Source: Mytilus edulis (Eukaryota). From it: a DNA stretch of 64,000 bases. Positions 25,301 to 36,810 of the stretch are shown one piece after another. The notes beneath the pieces are model-generated. The model had not been told where the DNA came from. It ran no database searches and was given only the letters and a program-made list of their open reading frames with translations. Position 1 is the stretch's first letter. The number at the start of each line of letters is the position of its first letter. The stretch covers positions 83,142,001 through 83,206,000 of the forward strand of contig NC_092348.1 of assembly GCF_963676685.1 (NCBI RefSeq), in the 5' to 3' direction. Both the position numbers and the translations under genes were made by a program.

Positions 25301-28300
25301 AACTCATAAAAGATACTAGTCTTTGGTATTAGTCAATTTGTTTTTGAAATAAGGAAATAATTTCCGACGATACATTCGATACTAGTATCCCTTTAATAAG
25401 TTGGAATAATTATTTCAACTTCTTCTTTGGTTGCTTACAATGTACAAGTAAGCGTGATGTCATTAGTATTGTCGCATATATTATTGCTAATACCAAATTA
25501 TTATATATTATATAGCAATACCAAGATTTCCTACAATTAATGATGAACGCAAGACACAAGGACGAAAAAAGAGGTCAGAAATAAATCAATCATTTAAAAT
25601 AAAAATAAAAATGTGTGTTTTATGTAGTGTGACTATGGAAAATATATAATGAGCCCTGTACAACAGTAATAAAAAATAAAAAGTCCAAACAGACAACATT
25701 AGCAAAAACTATCATTTAACTAATGGTTGTGGAAAACGAAATTACGAAAAAAGTTCTTTTCCATTTGTGGCTTTAATATTTTATTACTACATTTTGTAAC
25801 TGCAAACAGTTGATTGTTATCAATCATTGCAAAAAGTTGGTTTTAAATACTTTTTGCAAGCATTTGATAACATTTTATGTTCACTTACTGTTGATCACTT
25901 CATATTTTAAGTTATATTTTTGTTTACTGGGAAATCACAGTAATTCATTGGAACCAATGTCATACTTTGGAATAATTCCATCTAGTTCTTAATTTATATG
26001 AACTAATGCAAAAATCAAGAAAAAGTCAAATTACTTTTACTTTGCCTTAATGTTATATGCTTGGAGACGCATAGATATACATGTAACACCATTATTTTTA
26101 AATGCATAAAAGGGTAGGGTAAACTTTAGTTTGATGTTGTTTATATCTATATCATCAATAGAATAGCAATATGTATTTAACTAATCATTTTTTCCAATAT
26201 TCAGGTTGCTATGTAGTCTAATTTTTAATAAAAAACATTTTGACAGATGATATTTTTGCAAAACTGCACTTTAGAAAAAAAAATCTGTAACCGAAATTAA
26301 TTGCAGGAGAAAGCAAAACAAAATTGAATTGAAATGGTAAAAGAGAAAACACCACTTAATCCGTTTCATTTGTCTAAAGTGTTGAGGATTTATGATCACA
26401 ATTCATTATATAAATCGTGTCTTAATCGACCACTTGTCTGCTAGACGAATGATACTCAAAGGATTTATACCATACATCATGTTGTATCGACTTTAGGGGT
26501 TAAGTCAAAAACATCTAAAAGAATCAATAATTGTGTTACAACTACAGTTGTATGAGTATGTACAGCAATCGACGTGTAATATATATTAAAAACCACTATT
26601 GGTATTAAGATATGAATCTAAATCAGGGAAGAGTGATATCAAGGACTGTAGAAACCGAAAAAAAAACACAAGTTACTTATGCAAATATAATCTTAAAAGA
26701 AAAGCAACAGATTTGAAGTCTTCATCTCAAAGTTTCATAATCTTCCATATTGAGCAATATTTTATACCTCATTACAAATTCAAAGGAACAACTAGTACCA
26801 ATTCAGGTAGTCTGTGTGCCTTGAACTACAAAGAAGAGGATAATTTGAGTAACTAAAAAACCCACCATCACTGGCGATGAACTAACAACAAAATACTGTT
26901 ATAAAATCTGTATTGTGAATAAAGAATGATATAAGATATTTAGATTACCATTGGTCATCAGATTTAGATAATTATGTGCAATATAACTTCTCTGTAGGAA
27001 CAATAATTTCAATTGAAATAGCCATAAAGAGACACAACTTTGCTTTGCTTTTTAATGTCTTTTAATACAATGTTTTTAATTATTAACATATTGAAGTGTT
27101 ACAAATGACTCATTTTAAGGCGACCATTACATTGTTGTGAACCATACGATGACTATAAGGGAAGCGTAGACCTGTATGTTTTATTTTTTAGGAAGATAAA
27201 ATGTACTTATTACATATGTAACTTTACTTATAAGTATAAGGTCAGCTACAAATTTAATTAGTAAATTTTATACTGATGAGGATAAAAGAGGGACGAAAGA
27301 TACCAAAGGGACGGTCAAACTCATAAATCTAAAACAAACTGACAACGCCATGGCTAAAAATAAAAAAGACAAACAGAAAAACAATAGTACACACGACACA
27401 AAATAGAAAACTAAAGAATAAACAACACGAACCCCACCAAAAACTAGGGGTGATAAGTAACACTACGCCACCTAAAGCTGAACTGCTGCTCAGTCTAGAT
27501 GGCCGAGTGGTCTAATGTGCTGAACACATTTTCGGCGGTGTTGTCTCGATATCAAAATCCGAATCCCGGCGAGGAAAGAACACAAATTTGCAAATCTAAA
27601 ACTGTTGGGCGTATATTTATTAGGGTCCAAAAAAGTTAAAAAGTATATTTTAACAAAACATATTCGACTAACAGGTCGAACAACTAATGTTCATAAACCC
27701 TGCTGACTGCCATTGACGGTTGCCAAATAAATTGATCATAAGATGTAACAAATAGAAAACAATAAACTTGCGGCTATGATGGTAAACCACAAACGTGAGG
27801 TGCTAAAATTTGTAAACAATATCAAGATTTCAACAACTAATGTCTCTTCCGTGATGTAAGAAATCGAACAGTATTTGGAAGGCCATATAATTTACCTCAA
27901 TTTAGCGGAGGGAAACGATAATACTAGCCCAAACGAAATAAATACAAACAAGTCTAAATTAAAAAAAAAACCAACGTTCAAACCTATGATTGTGTTGGAT
28001 AAAAACCAATTACATGTAAAACAAATTTCGTTGTAGAGGGGTCTAAATACTCCACAAGCAACATTTTCCAAAAGACCAAAAAAAAAAGTAAAAAAGTATT
28101 TAAGATTACTCATTGAACACTCCTTTATACAGGTTTAAATGAAATGGAGTTGAAATCAAACGCCATGACATTCTTCCTAGCAGGCTATGACACAACTGCC
28201 AATACACTATCATTTGCTTGTTATGCACTGGCCACTAACTCAGATATACAGAAGAAGCTTATTGAGGAGATCGATACCGTTCTTTGTGGGGTGAGTTCTT

Positions 28301-31300
28301 ATTTACTCGGTAGCCGATAACCATTGTCTAAATCAAATTATGTTTAAAAACTACGATTTGAATTAAGAATTGTCTCATTGCCACTCATACCACATCTTCG
28401 TACACTACATACACAAGAAAATAAATGAAAATAAAGTGGCCAAGCACTTTTAATACAAGGCAAATTAGTATAACAAAATACTTTTATTTCTTTAAATGTG
28501 TTCTTATGCTGCGGCAAATAGTTTTAAAAGGTAATGCAATCAATTGGCATTTTGAAAATCAATAACATTTTCTTATAATGCTATTTACAAACAAAACGTG
28601 AATAAAAAATAAATATATTGATACTGTGAAAGATAATTTGGTGACTACCTGAAAAATTACATGACATAAAAGTTAATTAAACACATCATGTGCAAAATCA
28701 GTTTGTTCTCTGTGGGCTTGTTCAGAGATCTCAAAGTTTAAAATCTAAATATCTAAATACTCACAACACTCGACGTTAAGAATTAAATGTGGGTTAAAAT
28801 GATATAAACGTACATATTCGGTCGATTCAAATTTTTTATTGCAAGAATTAATATGATTACAGCTTAAAACATTTGCTTTAACATAGGAAAAACCCCAATA
28901 TGAAGACATATCAAAGTTACAGTACTTGGACAGATTCGTGAATGAAGTTTTGCGTCTTTATGGAGCTGCAACTAGGTAAGTCATAAAAGTATATAAGAAA
29001 GCAGTAAAACAACAAAAAATACCGAGCCCTGAGAAAAATTCTCATAAAGTTCATAAGCAAATGGCAAAATCAAAACATCTAACACATCAAACAAATAGAT
29101 AACAACTGGGATATTCCTGACCTGATACAGGCATGAAGAGATATTGCTTTTTCAAACACTCATGAGTCAACGATTCATCAAGGGCATAAACCAAATGAAA
29201 TCTAGGGATCAACATTTTTACTCAACAATATTTTTTTTTGTAGTTTTCAACTATAACAATTTTATTACTGGAAAATAACTTTAAATTGTCAGGATATTAT
29301 GCACTGTCAATTCCGGCCCACTGATGGTAAACTAACTTTGTCAATAACTGGTCGTCTATTATTTACCTCGTTGTTTGTTAAATATATATAAATATAACTA
29401 AAAAAATATATAATTTTTATTGATTTATGTCAACTGATATGGAAGTATTCATGTTTCAATTTCTTCAATGTTTTGTAAAATTATTGTTGTAAAACATATT
29501 TGTTTTAAATAAGTCCCATCTGATTCTGCTGAAATGAATTTACAATATATAGTTTACGATTAATCGAATGTTATAAATCTATTTTGATTATACCACAAAA
29601 ATAATAAAAACAAAATCGTATTTGAGTGATCATGACCTACGTAGTAGACACATTCTTCTGATATGCATACCTTACCATCCAAACCAATACACACCAGTCA
29701 AATTGACAGTTAAAAAATTTCAAATAGTTAATAAATCTTTACAGTAGTCATTTATTATGGGGTGGTATGATCTAGGACAGCAAAAAAACACCGACCGTGT
29801 GTTGAGACATAATCAATTTGTATCATGCAATCAATTCCTGATGGTGACAAAAAAAAAACCAACAACATGTGAAGTGTATATTTTATTCGCTTTCCATAAT
29901 TCAATATACATTGCTGTTTGTATTCATTAGATACAGTCAATATAATGTAAAATTGCAGTAAAATAACTGCTTTTACAACCGTTTTGTAGATTTAATAGGG
30001 AATGTCAGAGCGATATCAAGATTAAAGACACGTTTATTCCCAAAGGAACAGACATTAGTGTACCTTCATTTGCATTGCACAGAAATCCTGAATTCTGGCC
30101 AGATCCTGACAAGTTTGATCCTGAAAGGTAAATGGCAGAAAATTTATGTATAAAATAAAATAATAATATGTGTTGTAATTGTCAATGAGACGATTCCTCG
30201 AAAGAAACCAAAATAACACAGACATAACTACAGGACACCATAATGACTTCAACAATGAGTAAAACAATACATAATAAATTATAATAAAAGGACCCGAAAT
30301 TACAAGTGTAAAACAATTCAGAAAACTAACTGCTTCAGGAATAATTTACAAAATAATAAACGAAAAACAAATATGATATACAGGAACAAACGAGAATCAC
30401 TGATTTACAGGTTCTTGACTAAGGACAGACACATACAGTTTATGGCTAGGTGAAACTAGTTTGAAAGTGTCCTATGTTGAGACAGTGGTACAACAGAACA
30501 CTATGAGAACCTGCTATAAAATCATTTGAAAAAGGCTTGACTCTTTGATGGATACAAATCAGAAATAAATATAACTAAAATACGTACTGGATGTGGCAGA
30601 ATACTTATACAACAACAAGACACTAAGTACAGATCTGAAACTACTGGCAGCCACTACATTTAGTGCATAGCCAGTAAAAACTTACATAGTCTATTTGTAG
30701 ACATAATATATGTTATATGTATTGTGTATTTACTGTTTAATTGCAATTATAACATTAATGATTTTTCTTAGCATTTATTATTGTCCTACCATAAATGCTT
30801 CCTCCCTTTAATGTATACGTGCTTTTTTGGATATCCCAGTACAAAGTGACGATGCATTCTTTTTTGATATTATCGTTTTAAAAGGAAACTATTTATATAT
30901 GAATAATGATTGATTTAGAAAAATTACGTTATCCATTCGTTTGATGTGTTTGAGCTTTTGATTTTGTCATATGATACCGGACGTTCCGTTTCAAATTTTC
31001 CTCAATTTGTTTTTTATTTTACATTTGTAGTAAAACAAATGACTTTTGTTATATTTGAAAGAGTATTGATCATTTTCATCATGACAGCAGATTTGAATTT
31101 AAGGAAAGGCAAGTCGACATAATGCCTGTGTGTTTAGCTCTTAGCACTGTTCGAACCTCAAGTGTAATAAATGCATTAGATAAATGCATTTGGCGACTGT
31201 ATTGGAAAAGTTCTTGTAATGGATATAGTTTTCATTTTAAATGTATTTTTCAAAGCTGAATACTATTTTATATGCATTATTAAAATGTTTGTTTAACTCG

Positions 31301-33381
31301 TTTAAAGACATATTCATTTGTAACAGATTTACTGAAGACAACATCTCAAAACGACCAGAATATAGTTTTATCCCATTTGGCATCGGTCCAAGAATATGCA
31401 TTGGTATGAGGCTGGCATTACTTGAGGCAAAAATGGCTTTGGTGTATATGCTTCAGAATTTCTCTTTCACCGTTTGTGATACGACGGAGGTACGTTAAAG
31501 TTTCTGACATGAAATTGACCTTACATCATTTATACCATAAATGATAGATGCAAGGTTATTTGGTTATTATATAAAATAATATGACTACCTTTTATATATT
31601 GTGCATAAAGATGGAATTATGCTAATCTGTAAATTATCTAATCTGCAATCAATTGCATATTCATGCTCAATATATCATGAACTCTAGATTCTACAGTCGA
31701 GGATAGGTATCACTTGGCCACCGAACGCTGAACTTGTATTCAGCCATGGTAGCCGAGTTGTCTAAAGCACTGGACACAGTGCAGGTGGTGTTTTGCTTTC
31801 GATATCAAAATATCATGAGTTTGATTCCCGGCGAGGGTTGAACAAAAATTTGATTCCGAAAATTTGTAGATTTATCATTTTTGTGCTGATATTTAGGGTG
31901 AATATGAATATTATAGGTGTTTTAACCGTGTATCACATTCACTTATGATCCAATGGAGAGATCTATCGTAGAGTGGTCACTTGTTTAGGCGTATCTTTAT
32001 ATGACGCCCGACAAGCAAAAACGACCCTTATGGCAAAAATTATGAATTATCAGATTTTGTATTAATTAATCAGAAAATACTAATGCCAACTCAATGTAGA
32101 AAAATGGGAACGAACGGTGAAAAACTAGTTGCGAAATTTCAATTTTGTTTACACATGAAAACGTGCTCTAACGTAAATTCAATATAACGTTTGAATCAAT
32201 TGATTTAAGTTTGCTGCAATTTACTAGTTTACTCTTCTCCTGGTGCTTTACAAAATGAATCCAGATATTCCTTTCTAGCGACGAATTTTTTTATATGGAA
32301 GTTCCTACCTAACACGTGCAAGTCCGACTGCATGAATAGCTACAGGACGAACCAACAGATCGAATAATAAAGGACAATGAAGAGTATCTATTTTTTTTCT
32401 AAACTTGTGTATTTTCCTTTTGTATTATTAATTCCTGATTTATCACGAGTAGCAATGACATAATGGTACTTTCTGATACCAAAGAATAGGTAAAATTGGT
32501 TTCTAATCTCGCCATTGCTAGGTAGTTTCATCGTTCTCTTACACTGTTACAAAACGACTTATCTTATTGATGATGATTTTCGAACGAATTCTGCTACATT
32601 AGATATAGTATCACAGTTTGATCGTCAGTATTGTTTAGCTTGACAAAATCTACCAAACGTTTAGTATGACCAACGAACAAGGCTTATTTTTCTAATATTG
32701 TCCAGTTAACACAAACAAATCAAGATAGTCAGTCAAATACCATTTTTTTTCACGTTTATTTGTTGGATTTCAAATATAAGAATATATTTCATTTTGTTAG
32801 CGATTTCATTTATTTTGCAGTGTTATTTTTGATATGATAAAAAATCACGAAGTTATATTATATATGCAAAACAATAACGTTAAGTTACATTACTCCATGG
32901 TAACGTTACTTAGTTACATAGATATAAGAAAATGTTATAGGAGTGCCAACGAGACAACTCTCCATCCAAGTCACAATTTGTAAAGTTAACCATTATTGGT
33001 AATACATTGATAAGACCCGTGAAGGATGAAAACGGTAGAACAAGGATGCAAATATTTTATTATCTACTTACCTGATTTTGTGTTTTTTTATATAGAAGAA
33101 TTTGTACACGACTTGATTTTATATTTTTTTTATATATAAATATAATATTTGTAATTTGTATATTATACAGATATTGTATAGGCGTTAGCGCTTTATTAAA
33201 ATAATTTATTCATTTATTAAATTCATTTTATATTTATGTAATGAAACATAGATTGTTAGATATTTTGAATTATTAAAAACATATTTTATTGCAGATACCG
33301 GTCACATTTGAAAAAGGATTTGTTCTGAAGGCACAGAATGGGGTAGTTTTGAATGCAAATCCTCGTCAAGACACACAATAG
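10296..33381 (+). CDS. CYP3A-like: Cytochrome P450, clan 3 (CYP3A-like), 14 exons, 1503 nt, 500 aa
   Basis: Exons 10296-10369, 13619-13715, 14983-15035, 16445-16541, 16787-16903, 18795-18883, 23535-23683, 24630-24763, 25516-25573, 28133-28290, 28887-28975, 29990-30127, 31327-31489, 33295-33381. All introns are GT-AG and phase-consistent. Motifs: N-terminal anchor, PGPEP, WKFLR (WxxxR), AGYDTT (I-helix), EVLR (ExxR), FDPERF, FGIGPRICIG (heme Cys). Confidence 0.95.
10495..11906. mobile_element. Non-autonomous DNA transposon with about 185-bp imperfect TIRs and TTAA TSD (Kolobok-like), in CYP intron 1
   Basis: TTAA-gttcatgtggaccctatggctaaaatgg... and ...ccattttagccatagggtccacatgaacc-TTAA; inverted similarity of about 10495-10678 with 11722-11906. 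Confidence 0.85.
10701..11528. mobile_element. Solo LTR (828 bp) nested in the TTAA element
   Basis: TGTAAC...GTTACA termini; AAAT duplicated at 10697-10700 and 11529-11532; internal short tandem duplications. Confidence 0.75.
12937..12993. repeat. (TCT)n microsatellite, probably a LINE 3' tail
   Basis: About 19 TCT units directly after AATAAA. Confidence 0.9.
13162..13337. other. Assembly gap (176 N) flanked by identical 138-bp sequences
   Basis: 13024-13161 equals 13338-13475. Confidence 0.95.
13619..13715 (+). CDS. CYP exon 2 (YSKWKHSLWKRLGVPGPEPTPFLG...)
   Basis: tag|A...AAG|gtaatt; Pro-rich hinge. Confidence 0.92.
14983..15035 (+). CDS. CYP exon 3 (GSCNTDLELVRKYGNVVG)
   Basis: 53-nt exon, tag|GG...GG|gtaata; KYG motif; phases fit both neighbours. 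Confidence 0.9.
16445..16541 (+). CDS. CYP exon 4 (VYQCHIPSLLVADPEMLKVIFVKEFSNFPNRF)
   Basis: tcag|G...TTT|gtaagt. Confidence 0.92.
16787..16903 (+). CDS. CYP exon 5 (...HWKFLRSTISPTFTVGKLKL)
   Basis: gcag|ATA...CTT|gtaagt; WxxxR and SPTF. Confidence 0.93.
17712..18300 (+). repeat. Interspersed repeat in CYP intron 5
   Basis: GC-richer block (gcgacaacaacccgacc...gctggcccctaaac) sharing gacttg..acaggc and catcatatg segments with other repeats in the window; no coding signal. Confidence 0.5.
18795..18883 (+). CDS. CYP exon 6 (MVQKIEKCCQALVENI...VDMK)
   Basis: ctag|ATG...GA|gtaagt. Confidence 0.9.
19398..19991 (+). repeat. 5' LTR
   Basis: Direct repeat of 22015-22608; HSE array, TATAAATA at 19651. 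Confidence 0.97.
19527..19658 (+). promoter_or_regulatory. Heat-shock-element cluster plus TATA box in LTR U3 (copy at 22144-22275)
   Basis: GGAAC-TTTCC-AGAAT (19527-19541) and GTTCT-AGAAT-TTTCC (19628-19642) are perfect 3-unit nGAAn inverted arrays; further partial arrays at 19585 and 19603. Confidence 0.7.
19997..20014 (+). promoter_or_regulatory. Primer-binding site complementary to tRNA-Pro
   Basis: TGGGGGCTCGTCCGGGAT, the canonical 18-nt tRNA-Pro PBS, 5 nt after the 5' LTR. Confidence 0.92.
20083..21322 (+). pseudogene. gag: gag with two frameshifts (coiled-coil KELE repeats, SCAN-like capsid region, CCHC knuckle)
   Basis: ORFs 20083-20382, 20400-20672 and 20600-21322; LVPEAYRQIFR...LLEEFK; CAYCKKNGHLMADC; shifts in A-runs at about 20360 and 20585-20592. 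Confidence 0.88.
21328..21930 (+). pseudogene. pol: pol remnant: N-terminal RT fused in frame to RNase H; protease, integrase and YxDD core missing
   Basis: PKPD..RFVTDFRKVN..YPIPRIDD..KFDLLKGYWQV..AFVTP joined to DFEKQFKLAVDASDVGIGAVL...EKE...TDH...ADALSR*. Confidence 0.92.
22015..22608 (+). repeat. 3' LTR
   Basis: Direct repeat of 19398-19991, preceded by PPT AAGGGGGGAGG. Confidence 0.97.
22710..22970 (-). mobile_element. Retrozyme-family repeat copy with degenerate hammerhead (antisense to CYP)
   Basis: Reverse complement reads gcgtca-TCGATGA-gtcttgtgtagtc-AAAA-cgcgcgtc-tggcgt; flanks match 50276-50791. Confidence 0.75.
23327..23483. repeat. Near-perfect foldback of about 157 bp
   Basis: aatgaatggc...tttgactcttcacatt / aatgtgaagagtcaaa...gccattcatt, centred on ataatctgcttcgcggattat. 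Confidence 0.9.
23535..23683 (+). CDS. CYP exon 7 (LCGAFTMDVISSTAFGIEVNS...)
   Basis: ttag|A...A|gtaatt. Confidence 0.93.
24630..24763 (+). CDS. CYP exon 8 (MFPFLKNI...DLRKEGKNE)
   Basis: tcag|TG...GAG|gtattg. Confidence 0.9.
24993..25195. mobile_element. Foldback MITE in CYP intron 8
   Basis: agcagtctgaattt/aaattcagactgct and gtgttgtgcacacgaaaa/ttttcgtgtgcacaacac inverted pairs. Confidence 0.7.
25516..25573 (+). CDS. CYP exon 9 (QYQDFLQLMMNARHKDEKR)
   Basis: atag|CAA...G|gtcaga; DFLQLM motif. Confidence 0.9.
27285..27455 (+). repeat. Dispersed repeat family B (other copies: - strand about 4890-5170, 38220-38440, 43410-43722; + strand about 55770-55910)
   Basis: aaagagggacgaaagatacc..gggac..tcaaactcataaatc..ctgacaacgccatggctaaaaa recurs in both orientations. 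Confidence 0.8.
27490..27610 (+). mobile_element. tRNA-derived SINE (second family)
   Basis: A-box tggccgagtgg, degenerate B-box ccgaatcccggcgagg; homologous to 31741-31900. Confidence 0.65.
28133..28290 (+). CDS. CYP exon 10 (I-helix, FFLAGYDTTAN)
   Basis: acag|GT...GGG|gtgagt. Confidence 0.95.
28887..28975 (+). CDS. CYP exon 11 (K-helix, YLDRFVNEVLRLY)
   Basis: atag|GAA...AG|gtaagt. Confidence 0.95.
29990..30127 (+). CDS. CYP exon 12 (IPKG...LHRNPEFWPDPDKFDPE)
   Basis: gtag|A...AG|gtaaat. Confidence 0.95.
31327..31489 (+). CDS. CYP exon 13 (heme-binding PFGIGPRICIG)
   Basis: acag|A...GAG|gtacgt; ORF 31241-31498. Confidence 0.97.
31741..31900 (+). mobile_element. tRNA-derived SINE (second family)
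   Basis: tagccgagttg A-box, gagtttgattcccggcgagg B-box. Confidence 0.65.
33295..33381 (+). CDS. CYP exon 14 (IPVTFEKGFVLKAQNGVVLNANPRQDTQ*)
   Basis: gcag|ATA...TAG; AATAAA at 33556. Confidence 0.88.
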   Translation: MPVTFEKGFVLKAQNGVVLNANPRQDTQ

Positions 33382-34366
33382 AATACTTACACATAATATA
33401 AGGACTTTATGACTCGATTATTAAAAATAATTGTTAATTTGAATTGAACGGTCTTTCATATAACAGATACATATAAGCAGGCAATGTTAAAATGATTTGT
33501 AATATCACTTCATGTTAAAATTTGTTGTTAGTTACAAGTGGTTGCGTGATTGTATAATAAATATGTTATGCAAAAACATACATAAACAAAATGATATGTT
33601 CTGAAATTGTAATATATATGTACAATGTACCACACAAATATTTTTTGTATTAGGGTATTGTAACGTAGTGTGTTTTTTGTTCAATTGAAAATAAGAATAA
33701 CTTCTCTTCCAATACCTGACCTCCACCTAAACTTCATATACAATATGAAGCAATAATTGCTGCCTGATCAGTTCAGATAATCAAAAACATTTATGTAATA
33801 TTCTTGATTATGTCTTGTGGTACCAAATTTCGTTTAGTATTTTTGTGATTTGCAAGAAATAACACAAATTATGATATTTATACACACCATAATACAACTG
33901 AAAAGCATTTTACAAAAATAAACAAAATGCAAGCGTGCATTGGATAACAAAAAAAAACACTTTTAGTGCACCTTTTCGAATTTAATGATCTTGTCATTAA
34001 CATTTAGAAATATGCAGCCAACAGCTTTACCCAGAAGTGTATTTCATTAAAAATGTAATCTGAAAGGATGTTAGTATGTGTAATATATATTTTTGAAGTA
34101 AAACTGTTGCGCATTATTAATTAAAAAAATTTTATTCAGAATATGAGCATTTAGGTAGATTTCGACATGTTTATTACGTCATGGTGACTCAGAAGCAACT
34201 TCGACACAAATAAAAACAAAACGGAAACAAACCGACCCGATACAGGTGAAGCGGTTTATGACCAAAAAATACCTAAAATAATATTGAAATCACTCTAGGA
34301 TTATTTTACCTCAGGGAGTTGAAGCCTTAGTTTATTAAAACAATAGTTACAAATCGAGTTGATTTT

Positions 34367-34707
34367 ATCAAGATATACCCGAGTACTCGGTTGGAAATAT
34401 ACCTACAAAACGGTAACACAAAAAATACGTAAACAAAGCTATTTACATAAGTATCTAGGACAGGGAATTACATACAGTTATGAATAGTTCGTTACCGTCA
34501 AGTACTAACTAAGCAAAACACAATAATCTATTTAATATCAAGATATACCCGAGTACTCGGTTGGAAATATATCTACAAAACGGTAACACAAAAAATACGT
34601 ACACAAAGCTATTTACATAAGTATCTAGGACAGGGAATTACACACAGTTATTAATAGTTCGTTACCGTCAAGTACTAAGTAAGCAAAACACAATAATCTA
34701 TTTAATA
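34367..34707. repeat. Recent 170-bp tandem duplication
   Basis: tatcaagatatacccgagtactcgg...aatctatttaa twice, with few mismatches. Confidence 0.9.
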
Positions 34708-36639
34708 TAATTTAATATACACCCATTAAAAAATATAACAAGAAGAAAACCATGTCAAACAATAGTACCTTTTTTCTTTATCATTCAGAAACGCTTTGAA
34801 TGGTTACAAAGTCGTAAAGATTAGACGTTGTAACTTTTAATTGAGGGTCACTAGAAGATACCATGAATAAAGTTATGTTATTTTGAAACATTTTCTTTGA
34901 AACAATTGTTTGTGTTACCCTTCAGTGTTTCTATTGTTCCATTGTTTTCCTCTCATAGTTGACGTTTTTCTCTCAGTTTTAGTTTGTAATCCGGATTTGT
35001 TTTCTCTAAATCGATTTATGACTTTTGAACAACCGAATACTGTATGTGTTATAACTTTATTGGTGCCAGTAGGTTTTGCAACTTTGCAAAGTATAGTTTT
35101 ACGAACTAAATATTTGCTCTGACGGTACACCGATGTGACATGTTAAGTTTAAAGTGTAATCCTTGTTAAGGCTTACGCACGTATTTTTTTAGGCATTTTA
35201 AATGACAATTTCACACCAGCATTCGAAACAAAAAGTAGTTTATTTATTGATATGATTAATCAATGATGTCTATTTACCCAAGTAGATAAATTTTACAAAA
35301 AGAAGGCAGGCAACTGAATAGTCGACTTTTGTTTGGGTAATCGAGACTCGGCACCACCGTCTGATACTCACATTCTCGAGTACTCCTTGACATCTCGTCT
35401 ATACACTGACAGTTTGAGAAACGACTACGGATATGATGATACCTCAAGGGACTGATAGTTCACCTGCAGAGGTATCAACCAAGTGCTGTAAAAATTGAAA
35501 ACAACACGTTATCAATTTCAAGTGTCAAGATCATAATAACCTGACCTATTGTCAATAAAAATAACAATATTATGAGTTAACCATTTATGCAGATTCAAGG
35601 GCTAAATACTGATTCTTGTCATACCACTTTCTTTCTCAAACTATACTAGTAATGAGTAAACACGGAGGAAATCATGTATATATGTACATCATCACCACCT
35701 CATTTCCTAAAAAAGACTATTCCGTTATCCAGGTTTCATCACATTGGACCTAGAACATTGTGATGATCCAGGACGAAGCACATTCGCAAAGAAATCTTTA
35801 AACGGGTAACTTTAATCTTATAAATAGACAATATTAAAAATTACAAGTTTGTATTGCTATTTTTTACTTCAATTATTGAAGGTAATCTCATATATAAGCC
35901 GGCTTGTCATTTTTGCGTTTATTTTAGGATCGCTTTTAAGATAATAATATGAGAATATTTCTTATATCTACAAATGTAGTAAGACTGTATCTCATCATTA
36001 TGCTTAACACGTAATGGGTTATGCACATGATTTTATTTTGAGAATTATTCACCTACTTAATTGTAACATATTTACAGACAATATAAATTTAAATTCACAG
36101 ACAATATAAATTTAAATTCACATTCGTTTATAAGATGCTTAAATTCATAATCATTATTTCAAAACACCTTCATTTAGGTATTTGTTTATTATGTAAACAC
36201 TAAATCACAAAAAAAATAAACACCAAAGAAAATTCGGAAAAAAACATTTGTGTCTGTTTTAATTGGTATATCAATTCTGGAAAATATTAAAACAACAAAA
36301 AACTTTACTCTAAGGGAAACCCGAAGAGGATAGTCCCTAGATAAACACCAAAAATAAAAGCTGTAACAAATTAAATGATGTTTGGAATATAGAAACGACT
36401 ACAAGGTTGTGGTTCTATTCTTATACAGCGTAAATACTATCAAGAACCATATTATAGCACTGGTACAGAACCATCCTATATCACTGGTAAGTTTAAAGTT
36501 TTATTTCATTTTTACAGCATAAGAATGCCAAGAAGTGAGAAGGAGGTTTTTTCTAGGTAAACAAAATGTTTTTCGTTCACTTCAAAAACTCAATCAAAAC
36601 GATTTTTCTTCAGCCAACTGACGTCAATTAAATAAATTC

Positions 36640-36810
36640 ATCAAGGATAAAATTTCGTATTTACACCAGACGTGCGTTTCGCCTACAAATAACTCACCAG
36701 TGACGCTCGAATCCAAAAAAGTTAAAAAGACAAAATAAAGTACGAAGTTTAAGAGCATTGAGGACCAACATTCCTAAACGTTTTGCCAAATACAGCTATG
36801 GTAGAAAAGC
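36640..36810 (-). mobile_element. Retrozyme-family copy, degenerate hammerhead
   Basis: Reverse complement gagcgtca-CTGGTGA-gttatttgtaggc-GAAA-cgcacgtc-tggtgta. Confidence 0.7.

Noticed and set aside
36428-36487. Possible orphan exon (cag|CGT...ACTG|gtaagt)
   Set aside because: Short, explained by a 23-bp local duplication, and no partner exons were found
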